NCBI RefSeq assembly: GCF_001194135.2 | Contig: NC_069008.1 | Span: 2,115,566-2,172,845, forward strand | Direction of reading: 5' to 3' | Source: Octopus bimaculoides | Lineage: Eukaryota | Length of the DNA: 57,280 nucleotides | Part shown: piece after piece, positions 10,643-23,524 of the stretch | How the letters are laid out: each line of letters starts with the position of its first letter | How positions within the stretch are numbered: the first letter of the stretch is position 1 | The notes under the pieces: generated by a model | Database searches by the model: none | Told to the model about the DNA's origin: nothing | What the model saw: only the letters and a program-made list of their open reading frames with translations | Made by a program: the position numbers and the translations under genes

Positions 10643-12139
10643 TTACACTTCCAAATGAATAGCTACATGTGAAGCTAACTGGCTTTTATACAAGAATGAG
10701 TTACTGCACCTATCACAGTGGTATGGTTTTTCTCCAGTATGAATACGTTTGTGAGTCGTTAAATGAAACCTTCGAGTGAATGATTTACCACAGATATCAC
10801 AAAGATATGGTCTTTCTCCTGTATGAACATTTTTGTGAGTATTTAAGGAATTCAGTTCAGAAAAGGATTTGCCGCATATAACACATGTGTGAGGCTTTTC
10901 GCCTGTATGAGTGCGTTTATGTCTAGTTAAGTGACTAACTTCAGTAAAGTATTTACCACACACATCACAGTGATAGGGTTTTTCTCCTGTGTGAATACGT
11001 TTGTGTTTGGTTACATGCCCAGTTTCAGAAAAGGACTTCCCACAGATATCACATTGATGGGGTTTCTCTCCTCTGTGAATACGTTTGTGTCTCATGAAGT
11101 CACTACTTGTAGAGAATGATTTACCACACATATCACAGTGATATGGCTTCTCTCCAGTATGAATGCGTTTGTGTACAGTTAAATAACCACTTACAGAGAA
11201 AGATTTACCACAGATGTCACAGTGATAAGGCTTCTCTCCTGTGTGAATATATTTGTGTGAAGTTAAGTGATTACTTCTAGAGAATGATTTACCACAGATA
11301 TCACAGCGGTATGGTTTCTCTCCTGTATGAGTACGTTTGTGTCTAATCAAGCTACTACTTCCAGAAAATGATTTACCACAGATATTACACTGATATGGTT
11401 CCTGTTCAGTATGAGAAATTTTGTGTCTCATTAAAGCACTACTCTTAGAGAAAGATTTACCACAAATATCACATTGATATGGAGGCTCTCCTATATGAAT
11501 ACTTACATGTTTAGCTAAATTCCCAGTTAGAGAGAAAGATTTACCACAGATATGACACCGATATGGCTTCTCTCCTGTATGAATACGCACATGTTTAGTT
11601 AAATCTCCAGTTTGATAGAATGATTTACCACAAACATCACAATGATATGGCTTCTCTCCTGTATGAATATACTTGTGTTTACTCAAGTTACTACTTGTAG
11701 AGAATGATTTGTTACAGACATCACAGTGATATGGCTTCTCTCCTGTATGAGTAAATTTGTGTGTAGATAAGTTGCTTATTTGAAAGAATGATTTACCACA
11801 AATATCACAGGGATATAGTTTGTCTCCAGAATGTATACGCTTGTGTTTAGTTAAAGTACCACGAAGAGAGAAAGACTTACCACAGTTGTCACACTGATAA
11901 GGTTTTTCTCCTGTATGAATGCGTTTGTGAGTGCGTAAAATATTTATTTGAGAGAATGATTTCCTACAGACACCACAGTGATGTGGCCCCTCTCTTGTGT
12001 GAATGCGTTTGTGTAGAGCTAAGTGACTATTTACAGAGAAGTATTTATCACAGATATCACAATGATATAGTTTCTTGCCTCTATTTACATATTTGTGGCT
12101 ACCAGAATGGTAAGATGGTTCTTCAGTCTTCTTTGACAT
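10643..12139 (-). CDS. C2H2 zinc-finger protein G2, 498 aa, 17 fingers
   Basis: Uninterrupted CxxC-x12-HxxxH array with TGEKPY-type linkers, ending AIHLEV*. The ancestral first finger is reduced by an in-frame ~39 nt deletion. Family acceptor AG at 13037-13036. Confidence 0.95.
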   Translation of the reverse strand: MSKKTEEPSYHSGSHKYVNRGKKLYHCDICDKYFSVNSHLALHKRIHTREGPHHCGVCRKSFSQINILRTHKRIHTGEKPYQCDNCGKSFSLRGTLTKHKRIHSGDKLYPCDICGKSFFQISNLSTHKFTHTGEKPYHCDVCNKSFSTSSNLSKHKYIHTGEKPYHCDVCGKSFYQTGDLTKHVRIHTGEKPYRCHICGKSFSLTGNLAKHVSIHIGEPPYQCDICGKSFSKSSALMRHKISHTEQEPYQCNICGKSFSGSSSLIRHKRTHTGEKPYRCDICGKSFSRSNHLTSHKYIHTGEKPYHCDICGKSFSVSGYLTVHKRIHTGEKPYHCDMCGKSFSTSSDFMRHKRIHRGEKPHQCDICGKSFSETGHVTKHKRIHTGEKPYHCDVCGKYFTEVSHLTRHKRTHTGEKPHTCVICGKSFSELNSLNTHKNVHTGERPYLCDICGKSFTRRFHLTTHKRIHTGEKPYHCDRCSNSFLYKSQLASHVAIHLEV

Positions 12140-12442
12140 CTCTTCAAGAAAGTAAGAATCAATCTTTTAGGTTTCTTACATCATCCATTCCTTCATTAGG
12201 TTTCTTCTCTCACAACAATATATGTACAACTTCTTGTTTAACTTTTAATATTTTTTTCAAATATTCTTAAAAAAGTATTTTCCCATCAACTATGATTTTC
12301 ATCAATATTTCATGATGAAATGAACAGATTTGAAAATTCATCCGAGTTTAATTCTTGCAACAAGTAGCGAAATGTTGCAATTAATTTCAATTTAGAAGAA
12401 GTATTTCACTGTAGTCTACAATAGATTTATATAAACAGTGAA

Positions 12443-12752
12443 GGCACACAGCCCAGTGGTTAGAGCATTAGGCTCACAATCATGAGATAGTGAGATCGAT
12501 TCCTGGACTGGGCTCTGTGTGGTGTTCTTGAACAAGACACTTTATTTCATGTTGCTCCAGCTAATTCAGCTGCAGAAATGAGTTGTGGCGTCAATGGCGC
12601 CAAGCCTTTCTCTTGGATAACATCAGTGGTGTAGAGAGGGGAGGCTGGTATGCATGAGCAATTGCTGGTCTTCCATAAACAACCTTGCCAGGACCTGTGC
12701 TTTGGAAGGGAACTTTACAGGTGCAATCCCATTCCTGATCGAAGGGGGTCTT
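12443..12752 (+). mobile_element. tRNA-derived SINE, family B (CORE-like TCTTGAGCAAGACACTTTATTTCA), inside the G2 5' leader
   Basis: Head GCCCAGTGGTTAGAGC...GATCGATTCC. Related copies at 14722-15003(-), 30665-30780, 35410-35832(-) and 42255-42392(-). Confidence 0.8.
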
Positions 12753-13660
12753 TTATATAAACAGAATTTTATTTGTTCTGTGAGACATTTTGTTTTAACC
12801 TTTAAAAGACGACAAATGTCGAAGACAAATCTGAGGTGAATAATTCTTTGATGCCAAAGTTATCTGATATTCTTGTACTTATTGCAGACTGTACAATAGA
12901 GAAATGCTGCCATTAATCTCCATTCAGAAGAAATATTTGTTGTATGTCATGTTTTTCTTTAGTCTTTAAAAGATAATAAATGTTGATGATGAATCTGATG
13001 TAAGCAATTCTTTGATGTCACAGTCGTCTGATATTCTGAAATAATAGAGAAACACCAGTATAAGATATAGAAGATATTCTAATAGCAGAGATACAGCAGT
13101 GGAAGTGTTACTACATTTCTACAGAGATAAATTCTAGAAGTAAACATTTACCTGAACAACTGAATTTTACTTTTCAATTTGTTATTAAGGATACATCAAA
13201 CAACTTTATGCATTACATATATATGAGGGTGGTGCTGTGAAAGGTCTGGTTGGAGGCCCAACCTTCTTTGTTTTTTTTACAGAGCTTAGAAAACTGAAAG
13301 ACCCCTACAATAAGTGTGTGAATCTGAGAGGGGAATATGTTGAATAAAATGATAATTAACTGATCCTCCTGTATTTTCTTTTACTCAAAGCCAAGAAATT
13401 TTCAGCCTCCCCTAGTATATATCATCAGCATTATTATTTAATGTCTATCTTCCATGTTGGCATGGGTTGGCAGTTTGACAGGAGCTGGCCAGCCAAAGAG
13501 CTGCATCAGGGTCCAATTGTGCTTTAGCATGGTTTCTACAGCTGGTAGCCCTTCTTAATGCCAACCACTATACAGAGTGTACTTGGTGCTTTTACGCAGC
13601 ACCAGCACATGTGCTTTTACATAACACCAGCATCCACAAGACCTCAAGATTAGGATCACT

Positions 13661-13955
13661 AGTGGTTAGGGCATTCGGCTAATGATCATAAAGTCATGAG
13701 TTCAATTCCTGGTGACACGTTGTGTCCTCGACCAAGACACTTTATTTCATGTTGCTGCAATCCACTCAGCTAGCAAAAATGAGTAGTACCTGTATTTCAA
13801 AGGGGCCAGCCTTGTCACACTGAATCTCCCTGAAAACTATGTAAAGGGTACACGTGTCTGTGGAGTTCTCAGCCACTTGCACGTTAATTTCACGAGCAGG
13901 CTGTTCCGTTGATTGGATCAGCTGGGACCCTCATCATTGTAACCGACAGAGTGCT
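13661..13955 (+). mobile_element. SINE with a family B head/core and a family E 3' tail
   Basis: CAAGACACTTTATTTCATGTTGC is followed by AGCCTTGTCACACTGAA...GGGTACACGTGTCTGTGGAG as in 6000-6170. Confidence 0.7.
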
Positions 13956-14499
13956 CCTCTCTCTCTCTCTCTTATATATATATATATATATANNNNNNNN
14001 NNNNNNNNNNNNNNNNNNNNNNNNNNNNNNNNNNNNNNNNNNNNNNNNNNNNNNNNNNNNNNNNNNNNNNNNNNNNNNNNNNNNNNNNNNNNNNNNNNNN
14101 NNNNNNNNNNNNNNNNNNNNNNNNNNNNNNNNNNNNNNNNNNNNNNNNNNNNNNNNNNNNNNNNNNNNNATATATATATATATATATATATATAACTACA
14201 GAGAATATGAAGAGTGGTACATCTTCAAAATTTTCTCTTAATTTAACAGTTAATTATACAGTATAATTAGTTAGTTAATTCCCCAAAAAATCCATAACCC
14301 AATAAAACAAACCTGGTTTTACCCATAAGAAGAGTTAGAGTAGGGTTACTCACCCTAAGTGGTCGTTGGTGTTTCTCACTACATAATAATGTTAACTAAA
14401 ACCTGGACTATACCTGAAAACACTTACGGTATCCACCTGGATACTTCTACATAGCACCAGCACCCACAAGCCCATAAGAGGCAGAGCTGTAGAAGACAT

Positions 14500-14720
14500 G
14501 CCTGTATGCGTGGACAGTCATGATTCTCCTTAGCTTGCTATGTCTTCTCAAGCACAGCAAACTGCCAGAAGTCTCGCTCCTTTGTCATCTTCCCTGTGAG
14601 ACCAACATCTTAAGATTCTTTCTCACCACTTTGTCCCAAGTCTTCCTGGGTCTACTCCTACCACATGTTCCCTGCACAATGAGAGACTGGCATTTCTTGA
14701 TGCAGCTATCCTTATCCATG
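14500..14720 (-). mobile_element. RTE-clade LINE 3' end fragment
   Basis: Minus strand reads ...GTCGRSRPRKTWDKVVRKNLKML..., followed by the GTGCTTGAGAAGAC 3'UTR motif. Confidence 0.7.
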
Positions 14721-14721
14721 A

Positions 14722-15003
14722 AGAGACCCCCCCCCCTTCGGTCATGAATGACCATGTGATTGCAACTAGAAAGTTACCCTCCAAGGCACAAGTCCAGGCA
14801 AGGTTGTTTGTGGAATGTCATCGGTCGCCCATGCATACCAGTCTCCCCTCTCCACACCACTGATGTTATCCAAGGGAAAGGCAAAGGGGCCGATACAGCT
14901 TGGCACCAGTGATGTCGCAACTCATTTCTACAGCCAAGTTAACTGGAGCAACATAAAATAAAGTGTCTTGCTCAAGAACACAACACGCAGCCCGGTCCGA
15001 GAA
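14722..15003 (-). mobile_element. Family B SINE
   Basis: Reverse complement of the 12443-12752 body. Confidence 0.8.
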
Positions 15004-15220
15004 TCATATTGACATTGAATGCTCAAAATGAGGAGTAAATAGACAGCTGACATCTGATGAAGGGTGCTTCCCTGTGTTTCCTTATCCCATTTTCCATTTT
15101 TTCTTGTTGTTCACTTATTCCACTTGTGTTATTTGCACTGTTGGTGACGTCCTGTACCCATATATGCATGTGTGTGTGCATGTACATATGTGAGATAATA
15201 GTTTCAGCATTAATAGTGAA

Positions 15221-15431
15221 AGTATTTATTCCTTTATTGCCCACAAGGAGCTAAACATAGAGGGGACAAACAAGGACAGACAAAGGGATTAAGCCGATTA
15301 CATCGATCCCAGTGCGTAACTGGTACTTATTTAATCGACCCCGAAAGGATGAAAGGCAAAGTTGACCTCGGCAGAATTTGAACTCAGAACGTAAAGTCAG
15401 ACGAAATACCGTTAAGCATTTCGCCAGGCGG
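15221..15431 (-). mobile_element. Family A SINE
   Basis: Reverse complement of the 21415-21648 element. Confidence 0.8.
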
Positions 15432-15505
15432 GGCTAGGGCTAGGGTTAGGGTTTCTGTCAGCTCAAAAGGAAAGTATTATCTCACATCACAGTAGAGATG
15501 TTACT

Positions 15506-15730
15506 TACATTATTTACATTTGACGGATATTTGTCCGCATCTTGTTTGTTGTTAACACAACGTTTCGGCTGATATACCCTCCAGCCTTCATCTTGGGGAA
15601 ATTTCGAACCGCCTGATAACGGCTGGAGGGTATATCAGCTGAAACGTTGTGTTAACAACAAACAAGATGAGGACAAATATCCGTCAAATGTTTATAATGT
15701 ACATAATTCCTCATTTCTTAAATATAGAAC
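15506..15730. mobile_element. Penelope-like inverted pseudo-LTR relic (71 bp hairpin arms) with hammerhead-like cores and a 12 bp TSD
   Basis: Arms 15516-15586 and 15621-15691 are complementary with 2 mismatches. TSD AGAGATGTTACT at 15494-15505 and 15731-15742. Contains the CTGAT(G/A)A..GGCTG/CAGCC..GAAACGT motif. Confidence 0.7.
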
Positions 15731-16689
15731 AGAGATGTTACTGTTTCCCTTTTGACACGTAATACTGAAATAGTGTAAGAGGTAAGAGATAGTTCTTGAG
15801 TTTTAGTGATGCACACATACAGACACACATACTCAGTTTTATATATACAGATATGTATTCTTTTATTCTTTTACTTGTTTCATCAGTCATTTGACTGCGG
15901 CCATGCTAGAGCACCGCCTTTAGTGAAACAAATTGACCCCAAGACTTATTCTATCGGTCGACTTTGCCGAACCGCTAAGTTATGCGGACATAAGCACACC
16001 AGGTTGGCTAGGGACAAACACAGACACTCAAATATATATTCAGTTTCTGTCTACCAAATCCGAGGATATAGCAGAAGACACTTGCCTAAGGTGCCACGCA
16101 AATACATAAAACACTATTTTAGAAAATTATCGCCGTTCCCGTTGAGCAAAACACAAATTTAGCTGGGGCAAAATGAGAAAGACAAGACAACGTAAATTTG
16201 CCTCGTCAATTCTCCAGAATTACATTTGAAAACAGACTCATACCCATTAATATCCATCCTTAGACAATATCTTCCCGATATATTTACGCACCATGCAGGA
16301 AAAAAGAAGAAATTATTGAAATTAGTCATTACTCATTTTACCCCACTTTAGACATACTTTTTGAAACTTGAATATGATCAAAATAGATATTAGTGTGAGA
16401 AAAAAATTAATTTGGAATCAAACAGAGAGAAGAATATTGAATGTTAAGCACCAAAAACTATCCACATATTTAATTAGCAAGCTAAATTACAATCGGATCG
16501 AAGTCAAGGAAAAATTTATTGAAAAAAGTACCTGTCACCTTTGTTTTAAATTCTCTCAACTTCAAGAACAACAATGATCGATCAGCAGTTTCTAATCTCA
16601 AAGACGATGCAACAGTACACATAATGATACAATACTTGCAATGTAATGATTTCAAACAGGTAAAGAGAAAATAACAAGAAATCGGATAT

Positions 16690-16980
16690 TACTTATTTTG
16701 CCTCTCAACCCTACAATTTACTGTTGTGATCCATTTATCACTCTATTACAGTGAGGGCTATATATTTAATACTAGTTATATTAAACAATCAATCAAATAA
16801 GTAATCACGTTCACAATGCTGAGGAAAGGACTTACTAGTATTTCGCCATAAATTTCTAATTTCTGTTTCCCTTCTCTTCTTGTTTTAGTCTTCCGTAAAT
16901 AATTTCCTCATAAAACTAAAATTTTACAAGAAAGTTGTAAAAGAAACTGACACGGTAAAACGAAACGAAACGTACTATAA
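16690..16980. promoter_or_regulatory. Conserved noncoding module upstream of G2 (candidate promoter / first-exon region)
   Basis: Homologous to 25895-26210, to 30050-30250 (reverse complement) and to 56820-56955. It always sits on the 5' side of a ZNF gene in the same relative orientation. Function is inferred. Confidence 0.5.
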
Positions 16981-17484
16981 CTCCATAAAGTGTTGCATTT
17001 CAAACTATTCCTTTCGATTAATCTGAACGTGATTTCAAATTAGCCCTGCACTGTTCAATTACCATCTCCATAGCATACAACTCTTAATACATTTATAATC
17101 ATTAAGTTCGTAGGATCTTTTCTATTGCTGTCACAGTTTTCAATTTTTTTTTTTTAGGATTTCGTTCCAATTTTCAAACTAGACAAACTGATTTAGTCTT
17201 GTTTGCTAATTATGGAGGTGAAATTCATTTTTGCCATTGATTAATAAATAAAAGTTAATAGTTTTTAAATTTTCAAATTTTGGGTAATTCTAGCAAATCG
17301 AAAACCACAGACACATTGGTGCCTATAGTAACAAGCCAAGGTGTTGTCTGCTTGAAATTACAAGTACTACGTGTAATTTCTTTACCTATTTTCTTTTTAC
17401 GAGCACCAATATTCTGAACTTTCGTTTTTAGATTTTCGCTTCAATTAAACGTATTAATTGTTTACATGAGCTGAACTTTTATCG

Positions 17485-17800
17485 TGGCCGGTAATAAAGT
17501 CACAGGAAAAAAAGTTACAGAAAAAAAAGTCACAAACAATTTATGGCGGCCGATAATGAAGTCACAATTTTGTTTAGGAAAGAAAGTCCGTTAATCAAAG
17601 CAAAAATATTCAAGTCAGTCACAATTTATTAAAGTACCATAAACAATTAAAGTTATAAAGCAGAAAATATTTTAGATCAGTTATTAACTGGCAATACATG
17701 ACTTGTACATATTGACAACAATGTTTATAATATATGATAGCATTACATGTAACGTTTTTTTCTGTGACTTTTTATCAGCAACTTTTTTTTTTTTTACCTG
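17485..17800. mobile_element. MITE-like element with AAAAAAGTCACAG subterminal repeats
   Basis: Repeated AAAGTCACAG on the left and CTGTGACTTTTT on the right, loosely inverted. Confidence 0.45.
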
Positions 17801-18039
17801 GATTCACAGTATTATCAGCATGTCTGACTAGCCTCCTCCCGCAAATTCAGGCTTTGTGCCTATAGTAGAAACGACGACGACGATGATGATGATGATGATA
17901 GTGACCTGGCAGAATCATTAGCATGCTGGACCAAATACTAAGCAGTATTTCACCTGTCTTCACATTCTGAGTTCAAATCCAGCCAAGGTCAACTTTGCTT
18001 TTCATCCTTTTGGTGTTGATAAAAAAATTAAAAAATATC

Positions 18040-18290
18040 AGTTGATTGGAATGCTGGAGTTGGAGGAATCAGTGGAATGGCTGGCAAGGCGAATGGAGTG
18101 AGGTGGTATGGGTATGTGTTGAGGAGGGACGAAGAGCATGTTCTGAGGAGGATGATTGCATTTGAGGTAAATGGAGCGCAAAAACGAGATAGACCAAGGA
18201 AAAGGTGGAGGAGGATGCCCAAAACTGGGCAAGATGGTGTGAGGGCAGTTGCTACGGCATTGAGGTAGATCCAGCCAACCCCATTAACGG
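18040..18290 (+). mobile_element. RTE-clade LINE C-terminal fragment
   Basis: ORF 18077-18268 reads VRWYGYVLRR...FEVNGAQKRDRPRKRW, matching the RLRW.GHV.R...RGRPRK.W end of RTE ORFs. Confidence 0.75.
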
Positions 18291-18443
18291 GGACAACAAA
18301 AGTGACACAATGTTGGGTAATTTGCAGGAACAGGTGAAGACTGGGGTAAGCATGATGGAATGTATACAAGCATAGTGAATAAATGATTTTTACTTGAAAT
18401 ATTACATGGCTAAGTTAGAACACCAATGCAGACACAGTAGTAG

Positions 18444-18737
18444 TCTATAATAAAAATTGAAGGTGGCCTACCGTTGTATTCTTTCTTGTCTTGAGATTCA
18501 CGGCCAAACGGTTGGGTGGATTCGTGTGAAAAATGGCACACATGTGGAGACGGGTGCATAGATTGGAACGCGTTTTCTATTTCTTTCCTAGCCCCCATAC
18601 TTACAGAGAAAATCGATTAAAACAACCTGCATGCGTGCGTGTATGTGAGTGTGTGTCACTGAAGCCATTCATACATATATACATATTAATAAATAAATAA
18701 CAATCACAGACCGGGTGAAACCGGGTTTAGCTGCTAG
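18444..18737 (+). mobile_element. Non-autonomous Helitron-like element
   Basis: 5' TCTATAATAAAAATTG. 3' CCGG-GTGAAA-CCGG hairpin, then CTAG|T at 18734-18738. Confidence 0.55.
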
Positions 18738-19031
18738 TTTTATATAAAATGGTGTAGGGGGATAGTTATCACACACTTATATTTTCTTTCCTTAGAGGAT
18801 ACATTGAAGATTGTATAAGAGTGAGTGAATCCTGGTTTCACAACACATGTATGGTGTGCCTTGCCAATGTAGTGTAAATGGTGATTAAAAGGTTGGCATA
18901 AAATATTACTTCAAAACGGGAAACAAAATGAGATTACTGAATGAAGTCCAGGGTAAATATTGCTTTGCAGGTGGAGGTGGTCTTAAGAGGCTTGTTGTTG
19001 TGTGAAGTAATGAATTCGGACATAGACACAG

Positions 19032-19762
<731 letters not shown>

Positions 19763-20784
19763 CTCTTCAAGAAAATAATAAATCAATCCCTTAAGTTTAT
19801 TACATTATCCATGCATGAAACATCATCATCATCACAAAAATGTTGTAACAAAAGTGAAGTGATGTAAATTAAAACTTTCTACAATCAAAATTTCGTGTTA
19901 CTTGAAGTTGCAAGCCCCAGCTTAATAATAACAGTTATTTCACTAAATTGTTCATTATTTTAGAAAATAATTGAAACAAATCTGTGAATTCTACAGTTTA
20001 TAACTGGATCAACACATGATTTCATTAGATGTTCTACGTGTAAATATAACAAAAGAAGAATTTAAGAATAAAACAGTTTTATTTAGTTTTCATAGTCTTT
20101 AGATTGAAATGATGTTAAAACTAAAGATTCTGGCCATTGCAGCTGAGATGTCAGATGATGAGAAAATTTGGCTTTTTATAACAAAACATGTCCATAAATG
20201 GATATTAAAATATGGATGAGGAATGTTCCACAAATGACATCAGCCACTTTGTATTCATATTAAGTTTATTGTTACATTTACATATGCAAATTAACGTTCA
20301 CTGTTAGACTATTACAGAAATAATAAAAATTTTTATGCAACTATAAAATAACATAAAAATCGTTTTCCTGAAAGGATGTATACATAAAATTTAAACATGA
20401 ATTTCCATGAGATACACAAAAGACATGGCTGTGTGATAAGAAGCTTGCTTCCCAACCCCATGATTCCAAGTTTAGTCCCACTGTGTGGCACCAAAGGCAA
20501 GTGTCTTCTGCTATAGTCTCAGGCCAGCCAAAGCCATGTGAGTGGATTTGGGAGATGGGAACTGGAAGAAGCCCATCGTATAAATGTATATATCTGTGTG
20601 TCTTTTTGTTTATCTCCCAACCATTGTTGGTTTTTTTTTTTTTTGTCCTCACAACTTAACAGTTCAGCAAAGAGACTGCTAGAATAAGTACCAGGCTTTA
20701 AAAAACGAGTCCTGAGGTCAATTTGTTTGACTAAAACCCTTTAAGGTGGTACCCCAACACGACTGCAGTCAAATGACTGAAACA

Positions 20785-20815
<31 letters not shown>

Positions 20816-21414
20816 NNNNNNNNNNNNNNNNNNNNNNNNNNNNNNNNNNNNNNNNNNNNNNNNNNNNNNNNNNNNNNNNNNNNNNNNNNNNNNNNNNNNN
20901 NNNNNNNNNNNNNNNNNNNNNNNNNNNNNNNNNNNNNNNNNNNNNNNNNNNNNNNNNNNNNNNNNNNNNNNNNNNNACTGAAAGAAGCCCATCATATATA
21001 TATATGTGTATGAATGAGATTGTATTTTCCTCAACTTAACATAGGTTCTGTCACCTTTTATAAGCCACACTTTGTGCAGACTTTTAAGCTAACTCCCACA
21101 GAGGGCTAATTGTGCCTGCAGCCCAAAACTGCAATGATAATAAATAAAGTATTTATTGGTACCCTACCAATATGGTATTACTTTAAATGAAAAACCTTGT
21201 AAGTTCACAAATTTTTTGAGTTCTTTTAAAATTTGAATTTCCAACTGTTAATATATAACAAATCCTCGTCCACACCTGATCTAAATGCTGGATGTTCAAG
21301 AACCAAATGAAGGGCAGATTTGCAATCCTGCTTTCAAAAAAGTATAATATGTCTATGTAGTGCAAATGTAGACTGAGTTACAGGGGTCCCAGACAGACAG
21401 AAAGACACAATAAA

Positions 21415-21648
21415 GGCAGCGAGCTGGTAGAAACGTTACCCCGCCGGGCGAAATGCTTAAAGGTATTTCGTCTGCCGCTCCGTTCTGAGTTCAAATTCCG
21501 CTGAGGTCGACTTAGCCTTTCATCCTTTTGGGGTCGATTAAATAAGTACCAGTTACGCACTGGGGTCATTATAATCGACTTAATCCGTTTGTTTGTCCTT
21601 GTTTGTCCCCTCTATGTTTAGCCCCTTGTGGGCAATAAAGAAATAAGA
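21415..21648 (+). mobile_element. Family A SINE, full length
   Basis: tRNA-like head, GCCTTTCATCCTTTTGGGGTCGAT core, and AAAGAAATAAG tail. Confidence 0.85.
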
Positions 21649-22294
21649 AATCACAATTTCATGTTTATTATCATAGACGGCTTCACTAACAGCAGTCCTA
21701 TCATGAAAGCATGTCTGCGTTTCTTCATATGTCTTGGCATATGATGCAATTTTTGTCAACAAAAGGCTAATTCATATAGTGTTGTTTGATTCCAGTTCTC
21801 CACATAAACAGGTCCAGGCAGTTTGGCATTGAATTGATTGGAAGATTATTAGTTTGCAAACGAAATGAGTATTGGCAAGAGAAATCTCTGCCTCGACATA
21901 CTCTCACCTGACACATGCAAGCATGGACAAGTTGACATTAAAAAGATGTTGATGATTACGATCCTGATGGAATGCTCTTCTTGAAAATATCACCGATGTG
22001 AGTTATCTCACCAATTTGACTTATATAGTGCTGAATGTTAATTCTCACACACTATACATATATATTCTTTTGTGTGAATACATTTAGAGTTATATACTTT
22101 TTCTCACATGAAGAACTATGTCAAACTGTGTGTATCCTTGCATGTGTCAGGATAGGCAAATGACCACAAAAAAAGGAACCATGATGAGTAGTGTTACCGA
22201 CAAGAGTAAAGTCCAAAATGCTAAATGCCACTTTTTCAGAGAAAATGGTTTTCAAGGGTTTGTTGTTATGTAATGAATTTTCATTTTGATGCAG

Positions 22295-23524
22295 TTACTC
22301 TTCTGTATGAATACGTACATGTGTAGCTAAGTTACGCTTCTGAGAAAAGGATTTATCACAGATATCACAGTGATATGGTTTTTCTCCTGTATGAATGTAT
22401 TTGTGTATGGATAGGTTACTACTTTGAGAGAAAGATTTACCACAGATATCACAACTGTATGGTTTTTCTCCTATATGAATACGTTTGTGTTTGGTTAATG
22501 CTCCATTCTCAGAGAAAGATTTATCACAAACATCACAGTGATATGGTTTGTCTCCTGTATGGATACGCTTGTGTTTCGTTAAGTCACTACTACGAGAGAA
22601 TGATTTATCGCAGATATCACATCTATATGGTTTTTCTCCTATATGAATACGCTTGTGTTTAGTTAAAGCTCCATTTTCAGAGAAAGATTTATCACAAATA
22701 TCACAATGATATGGCCTCTCTCCTGTATGAATACGTATGTGTCTGCTTAGATTACTACTTCCAGAGAATGATTTTGCACAGATATTACAGTGATATGGTT
22801 TTTCCCCTGTGTGAATACGTTTATGTGTACTTAAGTCACTACACTGAGAGAAAAATTTACCACAGACATCACAATGATATGGTTTCTCTCCAGTATGAAT
22901 ACGCTTGTGTTTAGTCAAGTTACTACTTCCAGAGAATGTTTTACCACAGACACCACAGTGAAACGGCTTTTCGCCTGTATGAACACGTTTATGAATAGTT
23001 ACTTCATCATTTCGGGAAAATGTCTTACCACAAATATCACAATGATATGGCTTCTGTCCTGTATGAATATATTTATGCTTAGTTAAGCTGTTTATTTGAG
23101 CAAACGATTTACCACACATATCACAGTGATATGGCTTCTCTCCTGTATGACTGAATTTGTGAGTAGCTAACTTCCCACTCTGAGTGAAAGATTTCCCACA
23201 GACATCACAACAGTATGGTCTCTCTCCTGTATGAATGCGCTTATGCGTGGTTAGGTTACCTTTCTGAGAGTATGATTTACCACAAGTATCACAGTGATAT
23301 GGCTTCTCTCCTGTATGAACATGTTTGTGCTTACTTAAGTCACTACTGCCAGAGAATGACTTACTGCAGACATCACAGTGATATGGTCTCTCTCCTGTGT
23401 GAATACGTCGATGTTTAACAAGGTTACCTTTTTGAGAAAATGTCTTATTACATACATCACACTGGTTGGATGATTTTCCAATCTCTTTCAACATATCTTC
23501 ACATAAAATCAGTCCTGCCTCCAT
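22295..23524 (-). CDS. C2H2 zinc-finger protein G4, 409 aa, 14 fingers
   Basis: Intact array, [20 protein letters not shown]-terminus, ending RIHTEE*-CTG. Acceptor AG at 23863-23862. Confidence 0.95.
   Translation of the reverse strand: MEAGLILCEDMLKEIGKSSNQCDVCNKTFSQKGNLVKHRRIHTGERPYHCDVCSKSFSGSSDLSKHKHVHTGEKPYHCDTCGKSYSQKGNLTTHKRIHTGERPYCCDVCGKSFTQSGKLATHKFSHTGEKPYHCDMCGKSFAQINSLTKHKYIHTGQKPYHCDICGKTFSRNDEVTIHKRVHTGEKPFHCGVCGKTFSGSSNLTKHKRIHTGEKPYHCDVCGKFFSQCSDLSTHKRIHTGEKPYHCNICAKSFSGSSNLSRHIRIHTGERPYHCDICDKSFSENGALTKHKRIHIGEKPYRCDICDKSFSRSSDLTKHKRIHTGDKPYHCDVCDKSFSENGALTKHKRIHIGEKPYSCDICGKSFSQSSNLSIHKYIHTGEKPYHCDICDKSFSQKRNLATHVRIHTEE

Noticed and set aside
10643-12139. Regular 84 bp repeat-spacer pattern as a CRISPR array or satellite
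   Set aside because: It is the codon-level signature of 28 aa C2H2 repeats in open frames, in a eukaryotic context with no cas genes.
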